Shown here: in pieces, positions 53,238-64,000 of the stretch
Layout of the letters: each line of letters starts with the position of its first letter
How positions within the stretch are numbered: position 1 is the first letter of the stretch
Source: Lama glama
Taxonomy: Eukaryota
Assembly: GCA_028534125.1 (NCBI GenBank)
Contig: CM052817.1
Span: forward strand, 85,810,001-85,874,000
Reading direction: 5' to 3'
DNA: 64,000 nt
Program-made: the position numbers and the translations under genes
The notes under the pieces: generated by a model
What the model saw: the letters and a program-made list of their open reading frames with translations, nothing else
Databases searched by the model: none
Told to the model about the DNA's origin: nothing

Positions 53238-54373
53238 TTATCTCCTAGGGTAGTCTACCCAGGCAATAGAAATAAAAGCAAAAATAAACAAATGGGACCT
53301 AATTAAACTTACAAGCTTTTACAAAGAAAATGAAAAGACAACCTACAGAATGGGAGAAAATATTTGCAAAAGATGAGACTAACAAGGGCTTAATATCCAG
53401 AATACATAAACAGTTCATACAACTTAACAACAAAAAAACAAACAATCCAATCCGAAAATGGACAGAAGACCTAAACAAGCAATTGTCCAATGAACACATA
53501 CAGATGGCCAATAGGCACATGAAAAAATGCTCAATATCACTAATCATCAGAGAAATGCAAATCAAAACTACAATGAGGTATCAGCTAACACCAATCAGAA
53601 TGGCCATCATTCAAAAGTCCACAAATGATAAATGCTGGACAGGGTGTGGAGAAAAGGGAGTCCTCCTACACTGTTGGTGGGTGCAGCCACTGTGGAAAAC
53701 AGTACAGAGATTCCTCAAAAGACTAAAAATAGACTTACCATATGACCCAGAAATCCCACTCCTGAGAATATATTCAGAGGGAACCTTAATTCACAAAGAT
53801 ACACGCACCCCAAAGTTCATAGCAGCACTATTTACAGTAGTCAAGACAGAAACAACCTAAATGTCCATTGTCAGATGACTGGATAAAGAAGTTGTGGTAT
53901 ATTTATACAATGGAATACTACTCAGCCATAAAAATAATAAAATAATGCCATTTGTAGTAACATGGAATTTGACCTGGAGATTGTCATTCTAAGTGAAGTA
54001 AGCAAGAAAGAGAATGAAAAATACCACGATATCACTCATATGTGAAATCTAAAAAAAAGAAAAAAGCCAAATGAATTTATTTACAAAATGGAAACAGACT
54101 CACAGACATAGAAAACAAACTTATGGTTACCAGTGAGTGAAGGGGGTGGGAAGGGATAAATTGGAAGTTTAAGATTTGCAGGTACTATTATATATAAAAT
54201 AGATAAACAACAAGTTCATACTGTATAGCACAGGGAACTATATTCAATATTTTGTAGTAATTTATGATGAAAAATATGAAAATGAATATATGCATATTAA
54301 TATATAACAGAACCATTATGCTGTACACCAGAAATTGGCACAATATTGTAAACTGACTATACTTCAATAAAAA
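53238..54373 (+). mobile_element. Young 5'-truncated L1 (ORF2 C-terminus and 3' UTR)
   Basis: Contains ORF 53330-53860; 3' UTR of the same family as 32599-33658 and 62825-63388. Confidence 0.97.
53330..53860 (+). pseudogene. LINE-1 ORF2p C-terminal fragment (176 aa, non-functional)
   Basis: '[12 protein letters not shown]...[12 protein letters not shown]...[16 protein letters not shown]...[10 protein letters not shown]'; no endonuclease or RT domain. Confidence 0.95.
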
Positions 54374-54376
<3 letters not shown>

Positions 54377-54417
<41 letters not shown>

Positions 54418-54428
54418 TATATATATAC
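54377..54428. repeat. (TA)n/(CA)n compound microsatellite at the L1 tail
   Basis: Direct reading. Confidence 0.92.
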
Positions 54429-54454
54429 ACAAAAAAATTTAAGTAGGAACTTAC

Positions 54455-55660
54455 AAGTGATCTTTCCAAAAGGCAGTAATTTATACTCTGACAGTTTCTT
54501 AGAATACCTGTGTCTTTGCAAGCTTCCCAACACCGAATCTTTAAAAATGTTGCCACCCTTTCAGGAAACATAATATCTCACTGGTTTAATGGCTATTTCC
54601 TTGAATGCTAGCGAGGCTATTTACTAGTTTTTAGTAAATTTATTAGCTACTTCTGTTTATTTGCCTACAGAATGTCATTCATATCCTCTGTCAGATTGTC
54701 ATTACTTTAATTGTCCTCTATTTGTTTGTCAGGAGTTCATCATATACTCTGGATTATTATTCTTTTGTCTCATATACTTTGCAGATAATCTCTCAAAGTT
54801 TATCATTTGTCCTCTAATTTGTCATTAGAAACTCTTAAAAGTTTGCATAGTTTTAAGATTTGCACTTTGTTATTTTTTCATGAAGCTTTTCCCTAACTCA
54901 AAATTAGAAACCTTCACCTGTATGTCTTCTGTAGAAAAATTATTAGCATTTTAATCTACTTGAAATTTAGTTTTTGTGTGTGTAACAAAAAGATGGGGTC
55001 TAACTGATGAATTACAAATTGGTGCATTCTTTCTCCACATCAGAAATGTAAACCTGATAAAGCAATATGAACAAGCCTGTTTTTGCACTTTGTATTTCTT
55101 ATCAAAGGTATGTTTGTATATGCATGAAGTAATTTCATTATATTTTAATGCTTATGACTTAATAGTATATTTGTGTCTTATAGAGTAAGTCCTTTTTCAT
55201 TGTATTCATTTAAAATAAATTCTTGGATATTATGGAGAATTTATGTTTCACATGGATTTTAGGATTACCTTTTTAATGTTTCATTGAAACATATTTGTTT
55301 AATTGGGATGCTAGATATCATTTGGGAAACATATGTTACAATACTAGTTACTTCCTTCGAACAAAGCACTGCCTCTTCATTCAGGTATTCTATTATTTCT
55401 TTTAGTACAATTTTAAAGTTTATTTCAGTTGGTTTACACATTTCTTAGATATTAATGTATACTATTGATAAAATAATGTATATTACTGATAAGATAATTT
55501 TTTCTTATTATTTTATTTATTATTATTGTTTTATCGTTGGTTGTTTTAATTACACGCTATATACACATAAAACAGCTTTTATATAACATACCACTGCACT
55601 TTTTCATCACTTTCAACAATTCTGCTGTTGATTCTCCTGAAATGTCTGTAATTGTATAAT
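54455..55660 (-). mobile_element. Old L1 (L1ME-like) ORF2 remnant
   Basis: 'aatatctcactggtttaatggctatttccttga...ggagttcatcatatactctggat'. Confidence 0.7.
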
Positions 55661-58578
55661 TTGGTAGTATACATTATTTGTTTGCATGTTTATTGATATA
55701 AATAGTTGATCTATAACTTAAAATCATTAAAGTGCTCAAGGAAGAGTGAAATTAAACATATTTATTTTCATTATCTATAGATAGCAGTTAAGTTTAGAAA
55801 CCTATCAAGTAACATTTAAATCTTAAGAATATGGTTTTGTTTAAAATCCATTTAAGGTTTTGATTATTGGTGAACTATAAATTTGTTTGTTGACCTATTT
55901 GTTTGACTATCTTCACCTGTTATATAATATTTTTTGTGGGGAATTATGCTATTTTGTAATATAAATTTCAAGCCCCTTTAACACATTTTAATTAAATTAC
56001 ATTTATCCACAATGAAGAAACAAGAAGGTACTTGACATTCTTATTCACAATATCTGACAATAAAAGAACCAGTGAACTTATCCTGAGAGAACAAAGGTGG
56101 GGCAGGGATGAGGAATCCCTAGATTGCAAATCTGCATTCTCTTTGAATTCTGCTTAAAATAAAATTTGTGAGAGTCTGTTTGAAATCTAAATAGAAGTTA
56201 TTATGATGAAGCCGGCTGCAGCCTTTTACAGGTTTTTATTCTTTATGCCCGCTCCGTTCCCTACAGCGTATCTGTGAAGTGCAGTAAAGTTCACAGCAGA
56301 TGATTATACTGAAGCGCCACGGCCACTGGAGTGTGAGATAATCTGCAGAGCTGAGAATTAATGTCTTGAGCAACCAAGCGGGAAACCAAAGGGGAGTTAT
56401 TGCTTCAGTCAAGTTTAATGTCTAAAACACACCTGAATCTATAGCTCTTTATTATTGCTCAAATCTATACTTTTGATCATTTGGTTACATGCTAGTGGAG
56501 GTTATATTTTTCCTCTCACTCAGTGATCCTTGGTCAGTTCATAGAATGTAAATTCCCAAGACACTATGTAGAGCATTTAAGCAAAATAGTACAGTTTTCA
56601 ACATTTGCCATTTCATGGAAAAATTAAGCAAATGAGATGATTCTTTATTAAACCTTTGAAGTACATAGAGTGAAATCAAATTGGACTTCGATTTTTTCAT
56701 ACTTCTGGACAAGATACCATCAAGGAAATAAGTGTTTCACACTTAAGAAACATCATAGGGTATAGAAGAACTTTTACTAGAACAAGTAAGGACATATTTA
56801 ACCAAGTCTGTTGTTTTTATCTAGAGGTTACGTCAGTAGAGGATAACTTACATATTCAGGATCATATTTCTTCTTGGTTTGGAGAACATTTTCCAGTTTT
56901 ATATAAATGGTGTATTTTACTATCTCAAGTTTAAAGTGGATGGCTGTCAATGCTATTTATGAATTCTTTCAAATTATAATTCCTATATTTATTTTTATAT
57001 CTTTACTGACCCAATAAGCACAACTAACTGGCCATATGCTGCTATTTGTAAATTTATCGGTTAATACATTTTGTTTGTGAAGTCAGTGTGACTTTACCAC
57101 TATTATGTCTAAGCTAAAACTAGTAAATATGTCCACAACCTATAATTAAGTGTCTTACCAAGTATAGTGAAATTGCACATTTATGTTTATGAATGTTGAC
57201 CCGAAGCAAATGTCTTCTGTCCTTGATTTGAAAGAATGCAACTTAAGTTTGTAATAGTTTTCACCATATAGGCAGAGCCACCGAATGTTTCTATAAACTG
57301 TTAGGACAATAAATGTTGAATATTATTGACTGAATAACTCTTTAGATTCATACATGTATCTATAACATTTTGATCATCTTATCTAATTAGCATTTTAAGG
57401 AGGATATAATAGAGCAATCCTTCCCACAATATATTTTTAAAAAGTAGCTTAGAGAGTGAACTGGAGATGTCATTTGGAAACTGATGGGTTAAATTTAAAG
57501 AGAAAGAAACTAAAGAAATCATAGGAGGGGATGAATAGCCTGAGGAATCTGAAGGCACGGCAGTATACGGCAATCTACTCATGACTACACTCATCAAATT
57601 TACACTATCGAGCATTCAATTTATCACAATGAAACGGAACATGTTGCTCTATCCTCCATAATTCAGAATGTACATCATTAGAAATCTGACATTGAAAGAG
57701 GCAATTTAATTCTTTTCTCTATTAATTATAGGATAAGAAAATAGATTTCTCTTCAGAACTTCCCAGTTTGTTCATCTTGCTACAAAATCATAGTCTAGGC
57801 AAATTATTCACAAATACACTGACTGCTTTCACTATTTTCTGCTGTCTTTGCAAATATGCCTCTGCCTTCTAATGTCTCTGGAATTTTCACAACAGGAATT
57901 GCCATGATTTGTAGTTTCAGGCATTAAAGCATCAAGCCAAGAATGATTAGAGATGTTAGGAAGTAGTAAAACACCTGCCATTCCAAACTGTCCTGAGATA
58001 ATACAGACTGAGTCCGCTTTGTGTTTGTAACTGACCCATTAATTATGTGCTGGAAATTCCAAGCAAAGTTCCTGCTGTTTTCAGAACTGAGAGCTCAGTG
58101 CTGATTGGTCTTGCAAGAACTGCCAAGAGATAATAAGAAATGATTCAAGGGGATATGAAAACAAATTTTTCATGCTGTTTGAGGCTCTATTTCAGAATTT
58201 GTGAGTAATGTGTAATGGCAGAAAATTCTTTACTGCTAACTAGGCTGATTACCTGATAAAATACCTGTTTTTTAATTAAATCTTGACTTTGATTCTCCCT
58301 AGCAACAAAACTATTGGCTTGCTAGGGATACCTGTGTATATAACTTTAATGCATTTTTAGATTAAACATAGCTTAATAAATTATATCTCCATTATTTTAT
58401 GTAATGACCTGAAACAACTTGAGATTTTATACTTTATCCCGATTGGTTAAAATATTATAAATTTAGCATAAAGTTAAGTATTTCTGATTTTTTTTTCGTA
58501 TATTTGATTCTCCCATGGAAAATTGTAAATATAATCTGGTTTACATTGAAATGAGAGTGAGCCTAGAGGAAGACATCT

Positions 58579-58950
58579 TGTGATAGGCCACTCACATTTC
58601 TTTCAAAGAGGGACCTCTTGCCTCCATTGCTGGGAGTCCTGTCAGTAGACAGCCTTTGGCTCTTAGCTCCTTTAGATAATATCTAAGCTGCAGATGGTCA
58701 TGCAGTTCTTCAGGTCCATATACCTCAAGACTGATCAGATTGGGTTATAAAGCCTGGTCACTTTGACTCAATATACAACTCTTATGGATGAAGCAGAATG
58801 CTTCCAAGTTACTCATTGGATGGTATAAGCTTATCATTCAGACCTGCAGTGCAGCAACTCACATTCTCTCTCTGCCCAATATTGCTCCTTCCCCTCCTTT
58901 CTACAGATGCTGATTTCAAGAATATTGCCTTAAAAAAACCTTATACACTT
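58579..58950 (+). mobile_element. LTR16-like ERVL LTR
   Basis: 'tgctgggagtcctgtcagtagacagcc', 'ataaagcctggtcactttgactc', 'ctctgcccaat...tccttcccctccttt'. Confidence 0.75.
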
Positions 58951-59250
58951 TAAGGTAATTAATTGTGTACCCTCTCCAAATGTATATGTTGAATCTCTAA
59001 CATCTAGTACCTCAGACATAACTGTATTCAGAGATCAGGCCTTTAACGAGGTAATTAAGCTAAGATGAGGCCAGGAGGATGGGCCCTAATCCAGTATGAT
59101 TGGTGTACTTATAAGAATAGATTAGGACATAACAGAGAGACACCAGTGGTGTGTATGCACAGTGGGACAACCACATGAAGAAGTAGCAAGAAGTGGCCAT
59201 CTGCAAGCCAAGGAGAGAGGCCACAAAGGAAGCATCCTGCAGATAAGTTT
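58951..59250 (+). mobile_element. MLT1B-like MaLR LTR, 3'-truncated
   Basis: 'gggccctaatccagtatgattggtgtacttataag...gccatctgcaagccaaggagagaggcc'. Confidence 0.88.
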
Positions 59251-59919
59251 GTATGCATGTTCAGAAAACTGAGCAATTTCTCTCTCAATTTAATTTTTTT
59301 GTTTGAACACATTGATTTCTACTTCTTTGTAAGTAGTATTTAATATATACTCCCCCAAATTATTACAGTGATGAACAGAGACACTTGAACTGGATTTTTC
59401 AAGTGCATTTTGATAGAAGTGCATCACTGGTGCAAGATGTATGAAGAAGGGTCAACAGAAAACAAAAACTTAATTCAGACTCTGATATGACTGGAAGCTA
59501 ATGACTTTATTTACACACCAAATCATTCTCTTTTCCAGCAAAGAAAATAAAAAATTGAATTTTAAAAGCTAATTAAAACTGCAATTAGTAACTTGAGATA
59601 GCATATTAAAAACAAAAAATGACAGTAAAACAAAGAACACAACACTCTCCCCAAAGCAAACCTCTGGTCATTTCTAAGAAAACCTTAAGAACAGTGCTAA
59701 CAGGACTGAAAACGCTAGTGCATAATGGATGTTGGGCCAGTGTATTATCTCTGTGAGGAACTATCTGATTATTTACTGTGTACAGCTGTTCTAGAAACTT
59801 CCTTAGAGGGTCATGTGAAATTATGACATTATTATACAATGAATTCCAGATTCCATAATGATTTAAATGATTATTTTCTGAAAACTGGAAAGGTTTCCAA
59901 CTCAAATAAATTAAAATGA

Positions 59920-60050
59920 ATGCATTCATTCATTTAATGTAACTTTATTAAAGTCAATGTAACTTTATTAAAGTCCTAATTTTTGGTGCTGGGGGGCTAG
60001 AGCAGTGAATAGCATAGATAAAACCATTGCCCTTATGGAACTTACATTTT
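59920..60050 (-). mobile_element. L2 3' terminus
   Basis: 'cattcattcatt...cagtgaata...tgcccttatggaacttacatt'. Confidence 0.75.
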
Positions 60051-60433
60051 CAGATAAGGAATTTCTCTCTTCTTAAAAAGTGATTCATATTTTATTACAA
60101 AGTGTCTGAGCTTAATTTTTAAAACTTTTCTCCCATTCTAAACTTTTCTATGCTCTGCCACAAAAATAATCTTAATAAAATGAGATCTGATTGTAACTTC
60201 TACCTTATTAAAATTGCATCAATTAGCACAGCAACTCATACTGTCTGGTACCTTTCTTTATAAACACAAGGGAGAAAAAAAGAAAAATAAGTGTAAATGA
60301 AATCAGGATTTACAAAAACTCTGAATCATTATACAAAATGAATTTAATGATGTATGGATCCAGCCAAGAGATGATGCTGAGCAAAGAAACAAACTTCTAA
60401 TGGTTTTGGACACATGTTCATTTTTCCACAAGT

Positions 60434-60726
60434 ATACAAATGAATTTATTTACAATATAGAAATAGACTCAAAGACATAGAAAACAAATTTAGTATTACC
60501 AAAGGGGAAAGACATGGGAGAAATAATCTGGGAGTTTGGGATAACAGATAAACACTAGTATAAGTAAAATAGATAAACAACAAGGACCTACTGTACAGCA
60601 CAGGAAACTTTTTTTAATATCTTGCAATAACTTATAATGGAAAATAATCTGAAAAAAAATAAAACTGAATCACTTTGCTATACACCTGAAACACAACATT
60701 GTAGATCAAGCATACTTCAATAAAAA
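60434..60726 (+). mobile_element. L1 3' end (older cetartiodactyl subfamily)
   Basis: 'aaatagataaacaacaaggacctactgtacagcacaggaaac...actgaatcactttgctatacacctgaaac'. Confidence 0.9.
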
Positions 60727-62084
60727 TGTTGGTCTTTATTTTCAAAGGTGAAGTTTGGAAAAGACTTTTATTCAACCAGATGAGGAAGTATATTGCACAG
60801 CCTCTTTACAAAAAGCAGGCAGGCTCTTGGTGAGGCAGGCGGCAGTGTGGGGAAGCAGCTGCCAATTACAGCCAGCTGAAGGAAAATAAATACAGCTAAA
60901 TTGCCACTCGTAGGCAAAACCAGGAATAAAACAGAAAACACAGGACATGCAGAGCTTTGCTGGGTTTCCTGACAGAGGACCTATCAAACGCTGAGAGTCA
61001 TGATCACAGATGTACTATCAGGGCGGACTGCAGAGCAAGAAACAGTTTTGAGAAAACTTTTCTCTGAGAAAAAAGTTCTGAGAAAATTACTTATATTCCG
61101 TTTTCCTGGCACCTTAGGTTTGCTCCTTTATTTTACTTCAAGTTACTCATAATGGTGAGTGAATGGAAACTTATAGGAACCTACACCTACAAAGCATAGG
61201 AAAATAAGGTAAGAAACAAAAAGCACACAAAGATATAGCATGTAAAGGGATGCTATCAAAAATTAAAAATAGAAACAAGAGCTCAAATAAAAGGTTAAAA
61301 GCTAAAATGATAAATGATAAAATATGAGAAAAAGTATGAGCCAATATAGCACAGATTAATAATGGAGGAAAAAACTGAGTGCATAAATAAAAGCAATGTT
61401 TGAAATACCAGAAAGAAGAGTATTTTCTTATTTTTTTTTTAAAAAGAAGCAGAGAGAGAGAGAGAATGAGATTAAGAAAAGTAAGTAAAATAGGAAAGTA
61501 CACAAAGTTTATCATTATACAATAACATAATTAGATATATTGCAGACAGAAAAGAAAAGCCTTAAACACATGGCGTTTGCATCTAGGAGGATGGAGAAAA
61601 GAAAATAACAGAACTGACATAAAGACACATTTATGAGAGGCATTCTGAATGACAAAAAATGAATATTTATAGGGGCATCAGAAAAAAATTCAGTCACTTA
61701 GGATGGTGTGTATGCAAATATATTTGTGTGTGTGAGGGTGTGTGTGTGTGTGTGGAGGGTGCGGGGGAATGAGGCTGGGAAGTCAGCATTAGAAGACCCA
61801 CTGACAGTGAAATTCTTTCTTCAAAGCTACAGAGAAAGAATCTACAAGGACTGACATGGTAACTGTCGATAAATATTCTTTAAATCCATGTTTGTTTGTT
61901 TTTCTTAAAGGAAAAACAAATATGGTGACCAAATACAAAAACTAAGAGAAAAATTAAGATGGTCAGGAAAGTAAAAGTGATGAACATGACTATTATCTGG
62001 GATAATATGATTTCATTCCCATATTTATTTATATATATATAGAGAGAGAGAGAGAGAGCAAAATAGTTGATTTCATGAAACATA

Positions 62085-62600
62085 TTTTAAAAAGTCAATA
62101 GGAAAAAAAAGTGATCACCTCAACAAGTGCCAAAAAGTCACTTGATAAAATACAGCATGCATTTCTGACAAAAATTCTAAATAAAATAAGAAAGAAATAT
62201 TATTTCTTGATGTAAATTAAAATATATTATCATAAGGTAAAAGCCAGCATCATGCATAATGTTGATCATCTGAAACAAATTTTAAGAACAATATAAGATT
62301 GTCTATTATAAACATTAGTATTTAACAATACTCTAAAAGTACTATCCAGTCAATTAGTTGTAGACAAAGAGAGAAGCATAATTATCATTGTTTTAGATGA
62401 TATTGTACTACTAAAACACTTCACAAAATGCACTTAAAATTTTGAAAAATAAGATAATTTTTATTGTGGCCTGTTACAAAGTGAAAAGACAAAATGAGTA
62501 AGTATTTAGATTGCACGTATAAAATTAGGATTTATATCCCTTTTTACTATAGCAAACTAAAAGCTAAATAACAACAACAACAAAAGCCAGAAATAAATTC
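62085..62600 (+). mobile_element. Old L1 ORF2 reverse-transcriptase remnant
   Basis: 'gtgatcacctcaacaagtgccaaaaagtcacttgataaaatacagcatgcatttctgacaaaaattcta' translates VITSTSAKKSLDKIQHAFLTKIL (L1 RT [23 protein letters not shown]); the A-rich 61150-62085 stretch may belong to the same element. Confidence 0.75.
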
Positions 62601-62824
62601 AAACATAATACACAGCACCACATGATTGTAACTTCAAATTCAGGGTCTTTTTTATTAAATACCAGAGTACTCAGGAATCTTGGTTTCAAGGGAGATAAAT
62701 ATATTCTATCTATATTAAACAAAAAGGAAAATTACTGGACATATACCAGAGTCTTACTGATTGTACTTAAGGTTGAAAATTTTTGCCTAGAGAAAAAATT
62801 CAGACACTAAAACAGTTCTGCTGG

Positions 62825-63388
62825 CACTATTTACAATTAGCCAAAACATGGAAACAATCTAAATGTCCATCAACAAATGACTGGATGAAGAAGCTGTGGT
62901 ATATATATACAATGGAATATGAAAAAGAATAAAATAATGCCATTTGCAGCAACATCGACAGACCTGGAGATGGCCATACTAAATTAAGTAAGCCAGAAAG
63001 AGAAAGAAAAATACCATATGATGTCATTTATATGTGGAATCTAAAAAAAAAAGACAGAAAGGAACTTATTTACAAAACAGAAACAGACTCATAGACATTA
63101 TGAAACATAGAAAACAGATGTATGATTACCAATAGGGGTAAAGGAGAGGATAAATTGGGAGTTTGAGATTTGCAGATACTACTACATATAAATAAACAAC
63201 AAGTTTCTTCTGTATAGCACAGGGAACTATATTCAATATCTTCTAGTAACCTATAATGAAAAAGAATATGAAAAGGAATATATTTATGTATATGTATGAC
63301 TGAAACATTATACTGTGCACCAGAAATTGAGACAACATTGTAAACTGACTATACTTCAATGAAAAAAAATTATAATAAAAAAATTAAA
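62825..63388 (+). mobile_element. Young 5'-truncated L1 with perfect TSD
   Basis: taaaacagttctgctgg at 62808-62824 and 63389-63405; L1 3' UTR and A-rich tail. Confidence 0.97.
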
Positions 63389-64000
63389 TAAAACAGTTCT
63401 GCTGGATCTGTTCATTTATACTGAAGATGCTCTTCAGTATAAATCATCAGGAAAGACTGTCAGGGTCAACACTAGATACTGCAGCTCCCTCCTTTGGAAA
63501 AGGTGGTTACCACCACTGGATACCTTTACTGAAGCAATGGCAAAAACAAATTTTCACTTCACTTTTCCTTTCTTTCTTCCTTTTTTTCTTTTTAGTTGCA
63601 TTGCTAGCACCAAGTTTAATATATAAAGCAGAAGTTTAGATTTGGACAAGACACCGGTGCACCATTTTCTGTGAATTTGAGAGAGAAATATTTGGGATAT
63701 TCATCATCCATACTAAAAGGTAGAGCAATGACTCCCACTAGGCTATGCACAATTGATCATCTCCAAAAATTAAAAAGTGGATGTTGGGTAATAAAGAGCC
63801 AAGACATATTGAGAATCTTGTTGTTCCTGACACTGACACTCATCCATCTTTCCATAGTTAAACTTCCCAAAATTTTTACCTACATAATGCAACTCTTCCT
63901 TTCACAATTAAGAAAACAAAGGAGTTCCCACTTTCCCATAAGAACACAGCTCTAAACCCTTTCATGCCTGCATGTGCCCCAGTACCATTATTGCTGGGGG

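Noticed and set aside
53299..53565. Hydrophobic minus-strand ORFs (also 32539-32784, 50887-51207, 62827-63027, 54188-54571)
   Set aside because: Antisense readings of L1 ORF2 or the 3' UTR, a common source of false proteins.
1..64000. CRISPR arrays, operons, rRNA, CpG-island promoter, non-retroviral endogenous virus, or a new multi-gene system
   Set aside because: Mammalian repeat-rich DNA with no regular repeat-spacer array, no long non-L1 ORF and no CpG island; nothing visible supports such a system.

Overview
AT-rich, CpG-poor mammalian non-coding DNA (intergenic, or deep inside a large intron). A tRNA-derived SINE and the 3' UTRs of the young L1s resemble camelid repeats, so alpaca/llama/camel is my inference. 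I cannot support any host protein-coding gene: the only recognisable ORFs are LINE-1 ORF2 C-terminal fragments. Much of the window is layered transposon debris (old L1M, L2, MIR, MaLR/ERVL, ERV1 and Gypsy-like LTRs, seven young 5'-truncated L1 3' ends), and there is a 500-N gap at 49272-49771. I found no convincing new biological system. The best observations are small: a 24-nt U6 snRNA 5' fragment between 22-bp direct repeats (35807-35875); a ~150-bp polyadenylated insert that matches no repeat I recognise, with a perfect 15-bp TSD (14830-15012); a 58-bp duplication 1.7 kb apart that leaves a MIR permuted (16932/18636); a strong CTCF motif (22644); a CpG-retaining unique island (56211-56430); and a candidate 32-nt minus-strand micro-exon (47661-47692). 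Repeat family names come from recalled consensus similarity, not a database search, and boundaries of old repeats are approximate.
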